From the IMG/VR virus record IMGVR_UViG_3300023179_000009, positions 248,001 through 312,000 of that record: DNA of 64,000 bases; one strand, written 5' to 3'. The notes below the pieces were generated by a model. The model was not told where the DNA came from and did no database searches. It worked only from the letters and a program-made list of their open reading frames with translations. Each line of letters opens with the position of its first letter. The first letter of the stretch is position 1. Of the stretch, positions 47,973 to 57,998 are shown piece by piece. A program made the position numbers and the translations under genes.

Positions 47973-48370
47973 ACCTTAATGTAGTGTGGTCTAAACAAAA
48001 AATACTAACCAATTGAGTTATTGCATTTTCCCCCAATTCAAACAAAATAAATCTATGCACTCTGAAATCAAAATATGCGAAGTAAAAAATAAAGAACATG
48101 AAGATAAGTTGTTAGAAGTCGCTAAATGGTTAGACGACACTACGTTTTCATGTACTTTTTCAATTATTGATGGCATCGCTCATTTCGATATAGACGCAGC
48201 AGATCCAGATTTTTGGGATCAAGATAGGTTTGAAAAATTTTCATCTCAAGAAGTTTTAAGTGCTTTGGCAAAATTTTTAGTTTGAAAAACAAAAACGACA
48301 CTTTACAATAAAAAAGTCGTTTTGTCGCCAACGCACACATTTGATACCAACTAGACGAAAGTAGAATCGG

Positions 48371-48523
48371 ATGCGTAGCAGATATTATTTTATTACTGGG
48401 GCTTTCCTCAGTTTTGTTTTAAGCGTTACTTTGTGGTTTGTTTTTGACAATCAACTACAAGGTATTTTTGTTGGAATTTGGGTTCCTAGCATTTTGTGCT
48501 TAGGAAGGTATTTTGATGAATAA
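48371..48523 (+). CDS. small two-TM membrane protein (50 aa), paralog of 47130..47306
   Basis: MRSRYYFITGAFLSFVLSVTLWFVFDNQLQGIFVGIWVPSILCLGRYFDE; shared GIFVG(L/I)W.P. Confidence 0.55.
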   Translation: MRSRYYFITGAFLSFVLSVTLWFVFDNQLQGIFVGIWVPSILCLGRYFDE

Positions 48524-49319
48524 TTTTGTGTTATTCATTTGTGGATCAATAGTATCAACATTCGCAGGAATGGGTGTTTTGGTTTATATGGTGCATCTTG
48601 GGTATAAACAAAATAAGAAAAAGGATTAAATATATGCCACAATTTAGAGTCGAAATTTGCAGAGTTGGCTACGGTTTTAACGAAGTTTTAGTTGATGCAG
48701 CCAATGAAAGTGAAGCGCAGTATAAGGCTTTAGAAGATGCCGGGAACTTGTTGTTCTCTGAAAAAAGCAGCGAATATAATGTGAATTTTTGTGTAGAGTT
48801 ACAAAAGAAACCAGCCCTCCAGGATTAAAACAATGTTTGAACGTGAAATTGCTTTTACGGGAGAATATGCGGCAATTCCAAAAAATATGCAAGAAAGTAT
48901 GCTTGGATATGTGTTTGAAAACAAGCCTGTAGGTTCGTTTTTAGAAGCCGTCATCTGCAATGATCTAAAGGGTGCTTTTGGAAGAGCCGACAGCACAAAC
49001 TTGCCACTTTTACATCTTTATGTATTGTGGTTTTACAACGTGTGTCCTGCTCATTTAGTGGGACTTGATAATTATGTTTGTCACACTAAAAACAAATCAG
49101 AGTCCGTAACAAAAATCGGTTAGTTTTCGGAGCAAAAATTTATTTTGTATGATTTTAACGAAGACTATAGTTGGGAAGATAGTCTAAGATACTTTTTTAT
49201 TTGGTATCAGAATCTTTTAAAATCTGAAGCCGATACGAAAAACGATGGTTGGAGGTAAAAAACGAAATAATGTATACTACCTAGAGCCGCAAAGGATGGC
49301 ACTCAAGGGATTGTACTTT

Positions 49320-49724
49320 ATGAATCTTGATAAGATTATAGAAATAAGTTTTGCGTTATCTGGCAAGAGAAATACAACACAAAGATGTCGGCATTTTTCT
49401 TTTATATGTGACCGAAATAGAATACTTTCTATAGGAATGAACAGCCCGAAAACGCATCCTTTTAATTTAAAATATAATTATATCAACAAACAAAAACACA
49501 ATATAAGAAATATAGTAGGCACACACTCTGAGTTAAGTGCTGTTTTGAAGATCGGGGCAGAGGATTGTCGTGGACTTACTATAATCAACACGAGAATCAA
49601 CAGAAAAAACGAAATAGATTTTAGCCGTCCGTGTAATGGTTGCATGGACATGATAAACAAAATCGGATTTAAGCGATTAGTTTACACAACTAAAGATCAA
49701 GAGTTTGAATTCGTTGATCTTTGA
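49320..49724 (+). CDS. cytidine/deoxycytidylate deaminase-like Zn protein
   Basis: HSE ... SRPCNGC deaminase motifs. Confidence 0.75.
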   Translation: MNLDKIIEISFALSGKRNTTQRCRHFSFICDRNRILSIGMNSPKTHPFNLKYNYINKQKHNIRNIVGTHSELSAVLKIGAEDCRGLTIINTRINRKNEIDFSRPCNGCMDMINKIGFKRLVYTTKDQEFEFVDL

Positions 49725-51733
49725 TCAAACTAATTAAGAATGGAGTCTTGTTTGAAAAACCTACTTTGTTTGTTGATTTTTTACTTACAGGGTGGCCCAC
49801 ACCTTTACTTTCAGAAAAAGGATTCGAACTATAATGAATGAGTCAATTCAGAGATTGGTGGATTACGCAGTTGAAAAAAATCTGAGCAATAAAAGAATTA
49901 GAGAGCGATGCCATAATGCTCTTAATTCTGTGCGTTCTTTTTGCAAAGAAATTGAGCAACTTCGTTTTAGAGCAAAAGGTTTTGAGGGATCAGCCGAGGT
50001 ATCTATTTCCGAACTGATTTCATACTCTGATTCAGGAGACCCTGTTTCTTTTGTTGAATTTGATAGTGGAGACTTTAATCCAGAGATTGGGAGTTTCCGG
50101 TTTGTTTCGGTTGTTGATCAAAATGATGTCAAAATTAGAGTTGATATTTATGATATCGAAGACCGAAGGTTTGTTCCGGAAAACAAATATATTAGCGTAT
50201 CCGATGCTGTTTCTATGGTCATGGATTGGGCTTTAGCAAACAATGTGATTTTGCCGCAATGAAAAACAAAGTAAGAACCCCACAGCAATTGATGGTGTTA
50301 ATGAGGCAATATTGTGAAAAAAATGATATTGTTTCGTTTGTCGATCAATTGAGTTTTGAAGAAATTACTTTGTGTACAATGTGTTCTGAGTTATTGATGA
50401 GCGACCCTCAATTGAGCCTATTAGAAAGAACCGAGCGAGAAAGTCAGTTTGAGTTTTTTAATAACTTGCGGAAAAGCAGGATAGAGGTAAACTAGATTTG
50501 ATACCAACTAGAACCATGACCCCTGAGAAAGACAAAAACATGAAACTCAACAATAAAGACGAAATTATCGTTGTTGCAAGCGATGATGAAACTTTTGAAA
50601 AGTATGGTGATGAAATAGACTTCACTGTTGAGGTTGAATGGGACGAATCAACAATAAGTTGGACAAGTGATATTTGGAATGTTTATGCTGGGCCGACCGC
50701 ACTTTTAGAAGAATTTGTTGGTGCTAAACTTAAGCAAGCCAAGTTAGATGGCAAACTTATGCCTATAACGGATGATCTTGAAAAGTTTGCAATCAAGAAA
50801 TTAAAAGAAGGATGGCATAAGGCTCCAAATAGATTAAATGGCTATAGTGGAGAGATTTTAGATATTCGGGCAGAAAGCGATGCCAGCTTCTAAAAGATGG
50901 TATAGATGTTGAAGATTGATCAAAATATTGAAACGGTTGATTGATACTAGCTAGCGTTGAAAACAAACTTGACAACAACAAATTGTTGTCTAAAATAAAT
51001 AGAAAGGATTCAATTCTCGTGTCGGAACCATCGGCAGATAACACCATTAATCTTATTTATTCTATTATGCAAGAACTTCATGAAAGAAATCGTGATGTTG
51101 AAATGACTCTATATGGGAACGGATCTGGCAGATTTAAAGTAGGTCTGCGTGAAAAAAACTTTAGCAGTCTCAAAAATGGATTGATTAAAATTCAAGAGAT
51201 GCTAAATTTTGAAAATAAGTAATTCTTGATACTTACTAGACAATAGCCACTAGGAACTAACGATCCCTACGGACAGCCCGAAAATTGTTGCGGGAATAAT
51301 GTGGCGATGCAACCGAAAGCCGTGACGTTGCTTTTTGCGTGAGTCTAGCAGACTGGATTGGGGTATACTATTCAACAGGCCGATGTGTGCTTGGGTAAAA
51401 CCGGCATTGGTGTTTGATGCGTCATGCTTCAAACTAGAATACCAACTACTAAGGTGCAATTCCTTGGTCACGCTTTTTTGGTTTGTGTTTAATTCTATAG
51501 AAAGATTGTTATGAAAACTCAAAAAGCAAGAACTGTTTTGGTTCATATTGAAAATGAAGATCTACAGCGCATCGTTGAAGAACAAAAAGGTGGAATAACA
51601 TTAGAAATAATTGTCACTCATGCCAATATCAAAGTCGATGCCAGAACCGGCGAAGATGAAAAAGTAAAACTGTATCGTTTCAAGTAATACCAACTAGTAA
51701 CCCAGTTCGATTCACTTTTATAGAAAGATTTTT

Positions 51734-53833
51734 ATGAAGATTGCAACCAACAACTCGACCGTTCAAACCAATTCGACCAGCATTGAGAGCCACAATTTTT
51801 CTATCGGTGATGTTAGCACGATCATCGACATTCTGCGTAATCGTCTGTATAGCAACCCTATTCAAACGCTGACGCAAGAGTATCTTTCTAATGCCCGTGA
51901 TAGCCACCGTGAATCGAATCAAAAGCGTCCGATTACGGTCACGCTGCCGACTAAACTTGATAGTGTTCTCAAGATTCGTGACTATGGTGTTGGTCTTGAC
52001 AAGCAGCGTGTTCGTGATGTGTTTGTGAATTATGGCATTAGCACTAAGCGTAGCGATAATACGCAGACTGGTGGCTTTGGTCTTGGTGCCAAGAGTGCAT
52101 GGGCATATACGGACTCTTTCTGTGTGGTTAGTTATTACGATGGTGTTCGATACACTTATGTTGCCCACACTGGCAAGAACAAGAACGGTACGTTTGAATT
52201 GATTGATGAGTGCAGCACCAGTGAGCCTAATGGTGTCGAGGTTCAGATTCCTGTTAAGGAGTCTGATATCTTCAAGTTCATTAATGCTGTTTACCGAACT
52301 ACTTTCTTTTGGGATACGAAGCCTGAGTTGCAGGGCATCACTAAACTGGAAGTTCCCAAGGTGTATAGCCACAATGAGTACGATTTTCAGAAGAACAAGA
52401 CTACGATTGTCAAGGAATCTGATTTTACTCGGTTGTTGTTTAACACTGGTTACAACACGAATAAGATCTTCGCCCTTATTGACGGCATTCCCTACGATTT
52501 GTCGAAGGTTGTTGGTTCTATTCCTGCCGCTCGTCGTATCACCAATATGATGAAGGGTAACTATATCACTTTTATTTCTGTAAATAATGGCGATATCAGT
52601 GTGGCTGCTTCTCGTGAAGAAATCAGTAGCGACGAAAGTAACGTCAAGGCTGTCACCGCATTCTGTGATCGTGTCGTTGCTGATATTGTCGAGATTGTTC
52701 TTGATGAGTTTAACCGTTCGTTTGATTCACTCCAGGATTATGTTGATACTTATGAAAGTGTTGCTGAGGTAGTTAATTATCATCAGTTGTCGCTCACCGA
52801 TGAGCAGAAGAAGATGGTGTTTCGTTATACGGAGAATGGGGTCGAGTTCACGTTTGATCTGACTAATAACTACACCTGTGCTAAGTTTGAAAAGATTCGG
52901 CGTTATCGTTTGAGGAAGAAGCGAGTTCGTCATCACCTTGAAGTTGATGAGAACTCTCATATCAGTTCTGATTCCAAGTCTATTGTTGTAATCAACGATC
53001 AGGTGTTTGCCAACTCTGTCAAGTCGCAGAAAATTCGTGCGCTGCTTGGTCAAAATTACGATACGGTTTATGAGGTTGATTGCAAGGAGGGTTATCAATC
53101 AAAGATTCAAGCAATTTGCAAGGCTCAGTTGATGAGTGAATTGCAGTATGCTAAGAAGACCTATAATCGTACCACTGGTCGTGTTAAGGAAGATGATGAA
53201 GTTCAGATTCGTTGTCTGGCCCCTAGTTACGATTGTGTTGAGAGCGAGGGTATTGAAACCCATAAGGTTGAAGATCTTACCGATGATGGTAACAACTATG
53301 TGTTGATTCCATTTACTCGCAACGAAGAAAAGTTTAATAGCAACAACGCTGATTTTTTTCGGATGGTGCAGTTTCTTCGTGGCCGTGGTTGGAAGGTTGT
53401 TAAGTGTGGTAAGCGTGATTACGATTTGCTTAGTGAACTTGATAACTTTCATGAATATGATGAGGTTGTGGAAAACATCCCTGAATATTTTCCTATCAGC
53501 GATGCTGTGATTCGGACTAAGATTCTTTCTACGGTGAACACTTACCTTTATAACTTGAAGCGGTTCCGTGAACAGATTGTTTGCCCTATGTTTGCTGAAT
53601 TGTTTGGGTTGTATCCTGATCGACTTGATAGAAGTCCCCTGGATATTCATGAAGAGATTCTTGATACTTACTACCCAAGTCACAAGAAGTTTCGTAAGGA
53701 TTTTGCTCAACTTCAAAAGTTGGAGAGCAAAATCTATACCGACTACCCACTGTTGTCTTCTTGTCATAGCGAACGCATGATTGCAGAATACGTTGTTTAT
53801 ATCAATGCCAAGTATGAGTCCAGAAAGAAGTAA
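51734..53833 (+). CDS. rIIA-like protein (N-terminal GHKL/HSP90-like ATPase)
   Basis: LYSNPI...EYLSNARDSH, IRDYGVG, STKR.DN..GGFGLGAKS..AY.DSF.V.S, PNGVEV.IP. Confidence 0.75.
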   Translation: MKIATNNSTVQTNSTSIESHNFSIGDVSTIIDILRNRLYSNPIQTLTQEYLSNARDSHRESNQKRPITVTLPTKLDSVLKIRDYGVGLDKQRVRDVFVNYGISTKRSDNTQTGGFGLGAKSAWAYTDSFCVVSYYDGVRYTYVAHTGKNKNGTFELIDECSTSEPNGVEVQIPVKESDIFKFINAVYRTTFFWDTKPELQGITKLEVPKVYSHNEYDFQKNKTTIVKESDFTRLLFNTGYNTNKIFALIDGIPYDLSKVVGSIPAARRITNMMKGNYITFISVNNGDISVAASREEISSDESNVKAVTAFCDRVVADIVEIVLDEFNRSFDSLQDYVDTYESVAEVVNYHQLSLTDEQKKMVFRYTENGVEFTFDLTNNYTCAKFEKIRRYRLRKKRVRHHLEVDENSHISSDSKSIVVINDQVFANSVKSQKIRALLGQNYDTVYEVDCKEGYQSKIQAICKAQLMSELQYAKKTYNRTTGRVKEDDEVQIRCLAPSYDCVESEGIETHKVEDLTDDGNNYVLIPFTRNEEKFNSNNADFFRMVQFLRGRGWKVVKCGKRDYDLLSELDNFHEYDEVVENIPEYFPISDAVIRTKILSTVNTYLYNLKRFREQIVCPMFAELFGLYPDRLDRSPLDIHEEILDTYYPSHKKFRKDFAQLQKLESKIYTDYPLLSSCHSERMIAEYVVYINAKYESRKK

Positions 53834-53837
53834 TTCA

Positions 53838-55157
53838 ATGAAGTACTATCTGTTGAATAGCAGCATTGTTGTGTTTGTTGACAATAATGTTCACACCATT
53901 AGCAACAACGATTACCGATTCGAACAAGTCAAGGCTGCTATTGCTTGTAACAATCTTGATTTTGTTCGTTCGTTGATTGACCCTAACTATAGTCTTAACA
54001 AAGAAGGTTTTGTAATTCGTAATGGTGTTGTCTTTTATCAAGACAATCCTATCCCCACCGTGTTGGGAAATCGGTTCATGAGCATGAGCCAGGATAGTTT
54101 TGAATTTCGTAGTATCTTCAACTTTTGGTTCAATATGAAGACCAGGGTTGATGATGATACGGCTTCAAACATTATCAATGAACTTGTCCACAGGAATGCC
54201 TATGCTGTTACTGAGGATGGTTTCTATCTTCTTTACAACAATAAGGAGATTGATCAAACCAATAATGTTCTCAACAAGCGTAATCAAAATGAAGTGTTTC
54301 ACTTCTATAATTATGCTACCTGTCCTGCTAAGTATTTTGCTATGTTTGAAGAACAGCGTAGTTTTAGCAGTGTGATTCAAGAAGTGTTTGGTTTCTGCAC
54401 TAAGAAGTTGCGAAACCTTGCTGTTCAAAAAGTGTTTAACACCAAGGATAACTTCTTTAATTATAAGTGGCTTTTCTATGGCGAGGCATTCAAAGATATT
54501 CTCGCCACAGATAATATTCTTTATGCTATTGAACACGAACTTCTCAATACTGATTTGGGAGACATCGACAACTATCAGGATTTGAAGGTGTTTCTCAAAG
54601 ATTATTGTGTAGAAAAGAATGGATCCTATAGTCAAAAGAAGATGCTTAACTTCTTGGAAAGTGTCACCGACAAACACCAACTTGTTGAAATTGGTACTTT
54701 CTACACGGCTGTTAAGCACCAGTTTAGCATAGATATTCAGGGTTTAAATTTTGTCAATAACTGCGATACGATTCACGCTTATATGAAACGTGAGTATGGT
54801 CGCATCCAAAATCCAATTTTTATGCTTAACAATGATCCTGAGATTGAGGCTTTGGATGAAGTTGAATTTGCTAATTTTCGTGTTATGGTTCCTAAGACCA
54901 ATCATGACTTGATCGCATGGGGCGGAATTATGCACCATTGCGTTGGCGGTTTTACTTATGCGAAAGATGTTAAAAACAAAGTTTGTCAGATTCTTTCGAT
55001 AAACGACAAGACCACTAACGAAATGCTTTATACTCTTGATATTCGTAGAAAATCTTTATCTCAATGTCTTGGCAAATACAATAAAGCACCTTCGGCTGAA
55101 GATCGCAATACTATCGTTGAATTCCTGCGTAACAAGAATCTTATTTATAAGGAGTAA
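53838..55157 (+). CDS. protein with rIIB-like N-terminus and PcfJ-like C-terminal domain
   Basis: Directly follows the rIIA-like gene; N-terminal V.Y...IP.VL..R...FNFW.N...TEDG resembles rIIB; C-terminal DL..WG..MHHCVG..Y. Confidence 0.5.
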   Translation: MKYYLLNSSIVVFVDNNVHTISNNDYRFEQVKAAIACNNLDFVRSLIDPNYSLNKEGFVIRNGVVFYQDNPIPTVLGNRFMSMSQDSFEFRSIFNFWFNMKTRVDDDTASNIINELVHRNAYAVTEDGFYLLYNNKEIDQTNNVLNKRNQNEVFHFYNYATCPAKYFAMFEEQRSFSSVIQEVFGFCTKKLRNLAVQKVFNTKDNFFNYKWLFYGEAFKDILATDNILYAIEHELLNTDLGDIDNYQDLKVFLKDYCVEKNGSYSQKKMLNFLESVTDKHQLVEIGTFYTAVKHQFSIDIQGLNFVNNCDTIHAYMKREYGRIQNPIFMLNNDPEIEALDEVEFANFRVMVPKTNHDLIAWGGIMHHCVGGFTYAKDVKNKVCQILSINDKTTNEMLYTLDIRRKSLSQCLGKYNKAPSAEDRNTIVEFLRNKNLIYKE

Positions 55158-55274
55158 TACCAACTATGCCAACTACAACGCCAACTAAAGCACCCACAAA
55201 AACCCCAGCCAGACCCAAACCGGCTCCGTTCAATCCTCCTAAACCAGAACAGTTACCCGAACCTAAAAACTAAA

Positions 55275-56315
55275 ATGTACGAAAACAGCCTGTATGTAAA
55301 CCCTGCGATTCGTAATTTCTGGCGTAATCTCAAAAAGAATGATTCGCCGTTCCATGTTTTCAAGCACAATCGCAACATGGTGTTTTTTGGTGATAGTCTC
55401 AGCAAGGCTTCATTCGAATATATTACCGAGCGTTTGCAAAAGTTAAATGTTGAATATGATCTTGCCGGTATAGGCCAAGCATTTATTGAACTAAGCGAAC
55501 ACGAACAGGGACATACCGAAACTCTTAAAAATCTTGCCATCAAGGCTGTGAGTGAGGCTCTTGATATTCCTGAAGATTTATTAGAGGCCAATCTCAATGA
55601 GAATAGCGATGTGGAACTCAACAATTCCACAAAGCAAAAGAATTACGATTACAATGTTTTGTCGCAAGAACTCAAAGATCAAATCAACAAGCGTATTTTG
55701 TTGAACTGTATCATTCAGGGTTCAAGCATTCATTCGTTTTACACTTTGCATCATGTTGTAAAGAGTGAAATTGATGCAATCAATCCCGAGTTGATCCCGT
55801 TGTATGATAAGTTTGCTGCCGGTTCAGCAAGAACCTACTACAGTGTTGATTACAGTTCTTTGATTGACAATGAGCAGATCGCTCAATTTGCTGCTTTAGG
55901 TAGTGTGAAGGTTGAATATGATGAGAACAAGCCTAAAGTTGTTGCTAATGCAAAGAGTTTTCCGGTATTGTGTCAAGAACTTGTAAAGGGTGCATTTGAA
56001 ACAATTTGTTTGCACGGCTTGCAAAACATTAGCAAGGAAGATCTTGATAAGATCTACTACTTTGCTGATGCTCGAAAGGATGAACCTCGTTACATTCAGA
56101 TAGGTAGCAAGGTTTGGCGTAACATTCTTGAACTCAACAAGATGATTCGCCAAGATAATAATGTTACCATCCCCGAATTGATTATGAGTATTAGCCGGAT
56201 GGATTGCCAAACTATCGACTTGTTTTTCGAAAAGTTGAATGATAATGATTTTGAAGATGCTTGTGAAATGTATTTAGAAATTTCCGATAATGGAGACGAC
56301 TATGACTCTCAATGA
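55275..56315 (+). CDS. hypothetical protein
   Basis: 346-aa ORF, no recognised motif. Confidence 0.65.
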   Translation: MYENSLYVNPAIRNFWRNLKKNDSPFHVFKHNRNMVFFGDSLSKASFEYITERLQKLNVEYDLAGIGQAFIELSEHEQGHTETLKNLAIKAVSEALDIPEDLLEANLNENSDVELNNSTKQKNYDYNVLSQELKDQINKRILLNCIIQGSSIHSFYTLHHVVKSEIDAINPELIPLYDKFAAGSARTYYSVDYSSLIDNEQIAQFAALGSVKVEYDENKPKVVANAKSFPVLCQELVKGAFETICLHGLQNISKEDLDKIYYFADARKDEPRYIQIGSKVWRNILELNKMIRQDNNVTIPELIMSISRMDCQTIDLFFEKLNDNDFEDACEMYLEISDNGDDYDSQ

Positions 56316-57554
56316 TACCGTTCATGTAGAATGTCGGACTTGTGGCAAAGTTTGTTCTATACAGTGTAACAAAGAGGATTTGTCTAAATGGAGAAATGGT
56401 GAAGGTTATATTCAAGACTTATTGCACTACCTTTCTGCTGCTCAACGAGAACTTTTAATTAGTGGCACATGCGGTGAGTGTTTCGATGAGATGTTTTCTT
56501 TAGATGAAGACGAAGAAGAGAGCGACGATACCAACTAAGAAATCGGAGGTAAACAAATGCAAGATTTAATTGATCGCTTTCAAACTCAACAAGGCTGGGA
56601 CAATAATACTATTCTAGATCTGCTCAAAAGTTTTATTGCCACCAGACAATCATACTGGCCCGATGATAACCCAATGATTCGTGATCTTGAGGGGATGTTT
56701 CAAAATGTTGCCGACGTTGAAAATGGAATTATCTAGAATCAACATCATTAGGAATCAAACAAATGAAAACCGTTTACACTAAAGATGCCCCCAAATCAAG
56801 ACAACGTAAAAACCCCCCTAGTGGTGTGTGCTTTAGTTTTCCTTGGGAAAGCATTTGCCATATTGTTCAAGACTTTCGTGTGAAACATAATTTCACCAAC
56901 GAAAAGGAAGGTGTTATTGAGGTTTTTGTGGATGACCAAGGCGTGACTTTTTACACCGAACGTGTTTGATACCAACTAGAATCCTGCACCTTGCCCCTAA
57001 AATAAAAAAATGGCTACAAAGATTGACATTAGTTCACTTGATGCGACCACTAAGAAAAAAATCAAAGAATTAAAGAATAGAGTTGGCGAACTTACCGAAG
57101 GGGTAAGTAAGAAAATTACCATCACTGTTGAAGTAAACCTTAACGCTCATTGGGCAATGGGAGAAACTTGCTTTACAGATTTTTATTATCCCGATGACGA
57201 ATCGGCAATTGATCTTGAAACGAAAAAATACAAGAAACAAATTGATGAGGAAATCAAGGTTATCCTAGATTTCTCTGACAGCGTTGCCGATAAACTTGGC
57301 GTTGATCGCACCGAATTTTGGGATCAGTGCTTTTTGGGTTAAATGATACCAACTAGAAGTGAAAGGAGCAAAAAAAAATATGAGTAGGAAACTGTACACT
57401 GTATACACGCTAAAGAGATTTGTTGATGGATTAAAGTATGTTGTTTATAAATGGGAACATGGAAGGGTTCAACCCACTTATTACAGCAATAAGAAACTCG
57501 CTGAACAAAATAAAAATTGGGTGGCTGGTTAAAAATTACAAATGATACCAACTA

Positions 57555-57585
57555 GAGGGGAGCGAACGAGTGATTCGCTCCCCTC
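57555..57585. repeat. 12-bp stem-loop directly after a motif copy
   Basis: GAGGGGAGCGAA-CGAGTGA-TTCGCTCCCCTC. Confidence 0.65.
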
Positions 57586-57608
57586 CCTAAAACAAAAAGG
57601 AACACAAC

Positions 57609-57998
57609 ATGAAGCGTAATGTTGAAATTGACGACACGCTGCCGGATCGGGTTGAAAACGCTATTGAAGAAGTGCGTGAACAACTGATTGAATACATCAA
57701 GGAAAACAAGCCCGACAGCACCCCCGATCTGCATAACGATCTGGATTACAGCGGTTCAATCCACGAAATCGTTGATGGTTGTGTTCCCGTCTATACTAAA
57801 GAAATTGACGACGCTTGGTATCTCCATAAGCGTGATCTTATCGAAGCCTATGAAAATGCAGGTGTGGGCAGCAACCCTAATGAGAATGACGGCATGGCTG
57901 CGATTTATTATTACATTCACGAACAGGTTTGTGAATGGTATGATAAGAACGCCGACGAAATCTATGACGAAATTATGAACGGACAGGAAACGGAGTAA
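57609..57998 (+). CDS. acidic hypothetical protein, possibly Ocr-like DNA mimic
   Basis: 129 aa, very D/E-rich; IHEIVDGCVPVYTKEI resembles the HM.AD.AVP.Y..I segment of T7 Ocr (recalled). Confidence 0.4.
   Translation: MKRNVEIDDTLPDRVENAIEEVREQLIEYIKENKPDSTPDLHNDLDYSGSIHEIVDGCVPVYTKEIDDAWYLHKRDLIEAYENAGVGSNPNENDGMAAIYYYIHEQVCEWYDKNADEIYDEIMNGQETE

Noticed and set aside
51680-54719. Long minus-strand ORFs (51680..52372, 53099..53767, 54165..54719) opposite the rII-like genes
   Set aside because: These are antisense shadows caused by codon bias; they have no motifs and lie almost wholly within credible + strand genes
56932-56942. 11-nt match (ATGACCAAGGC) to the 5' end of spacer 8, a possible self-target
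   Set aside because: Too short to distinguish from chance in 64 kb; no full-length protospacer was seen by eye
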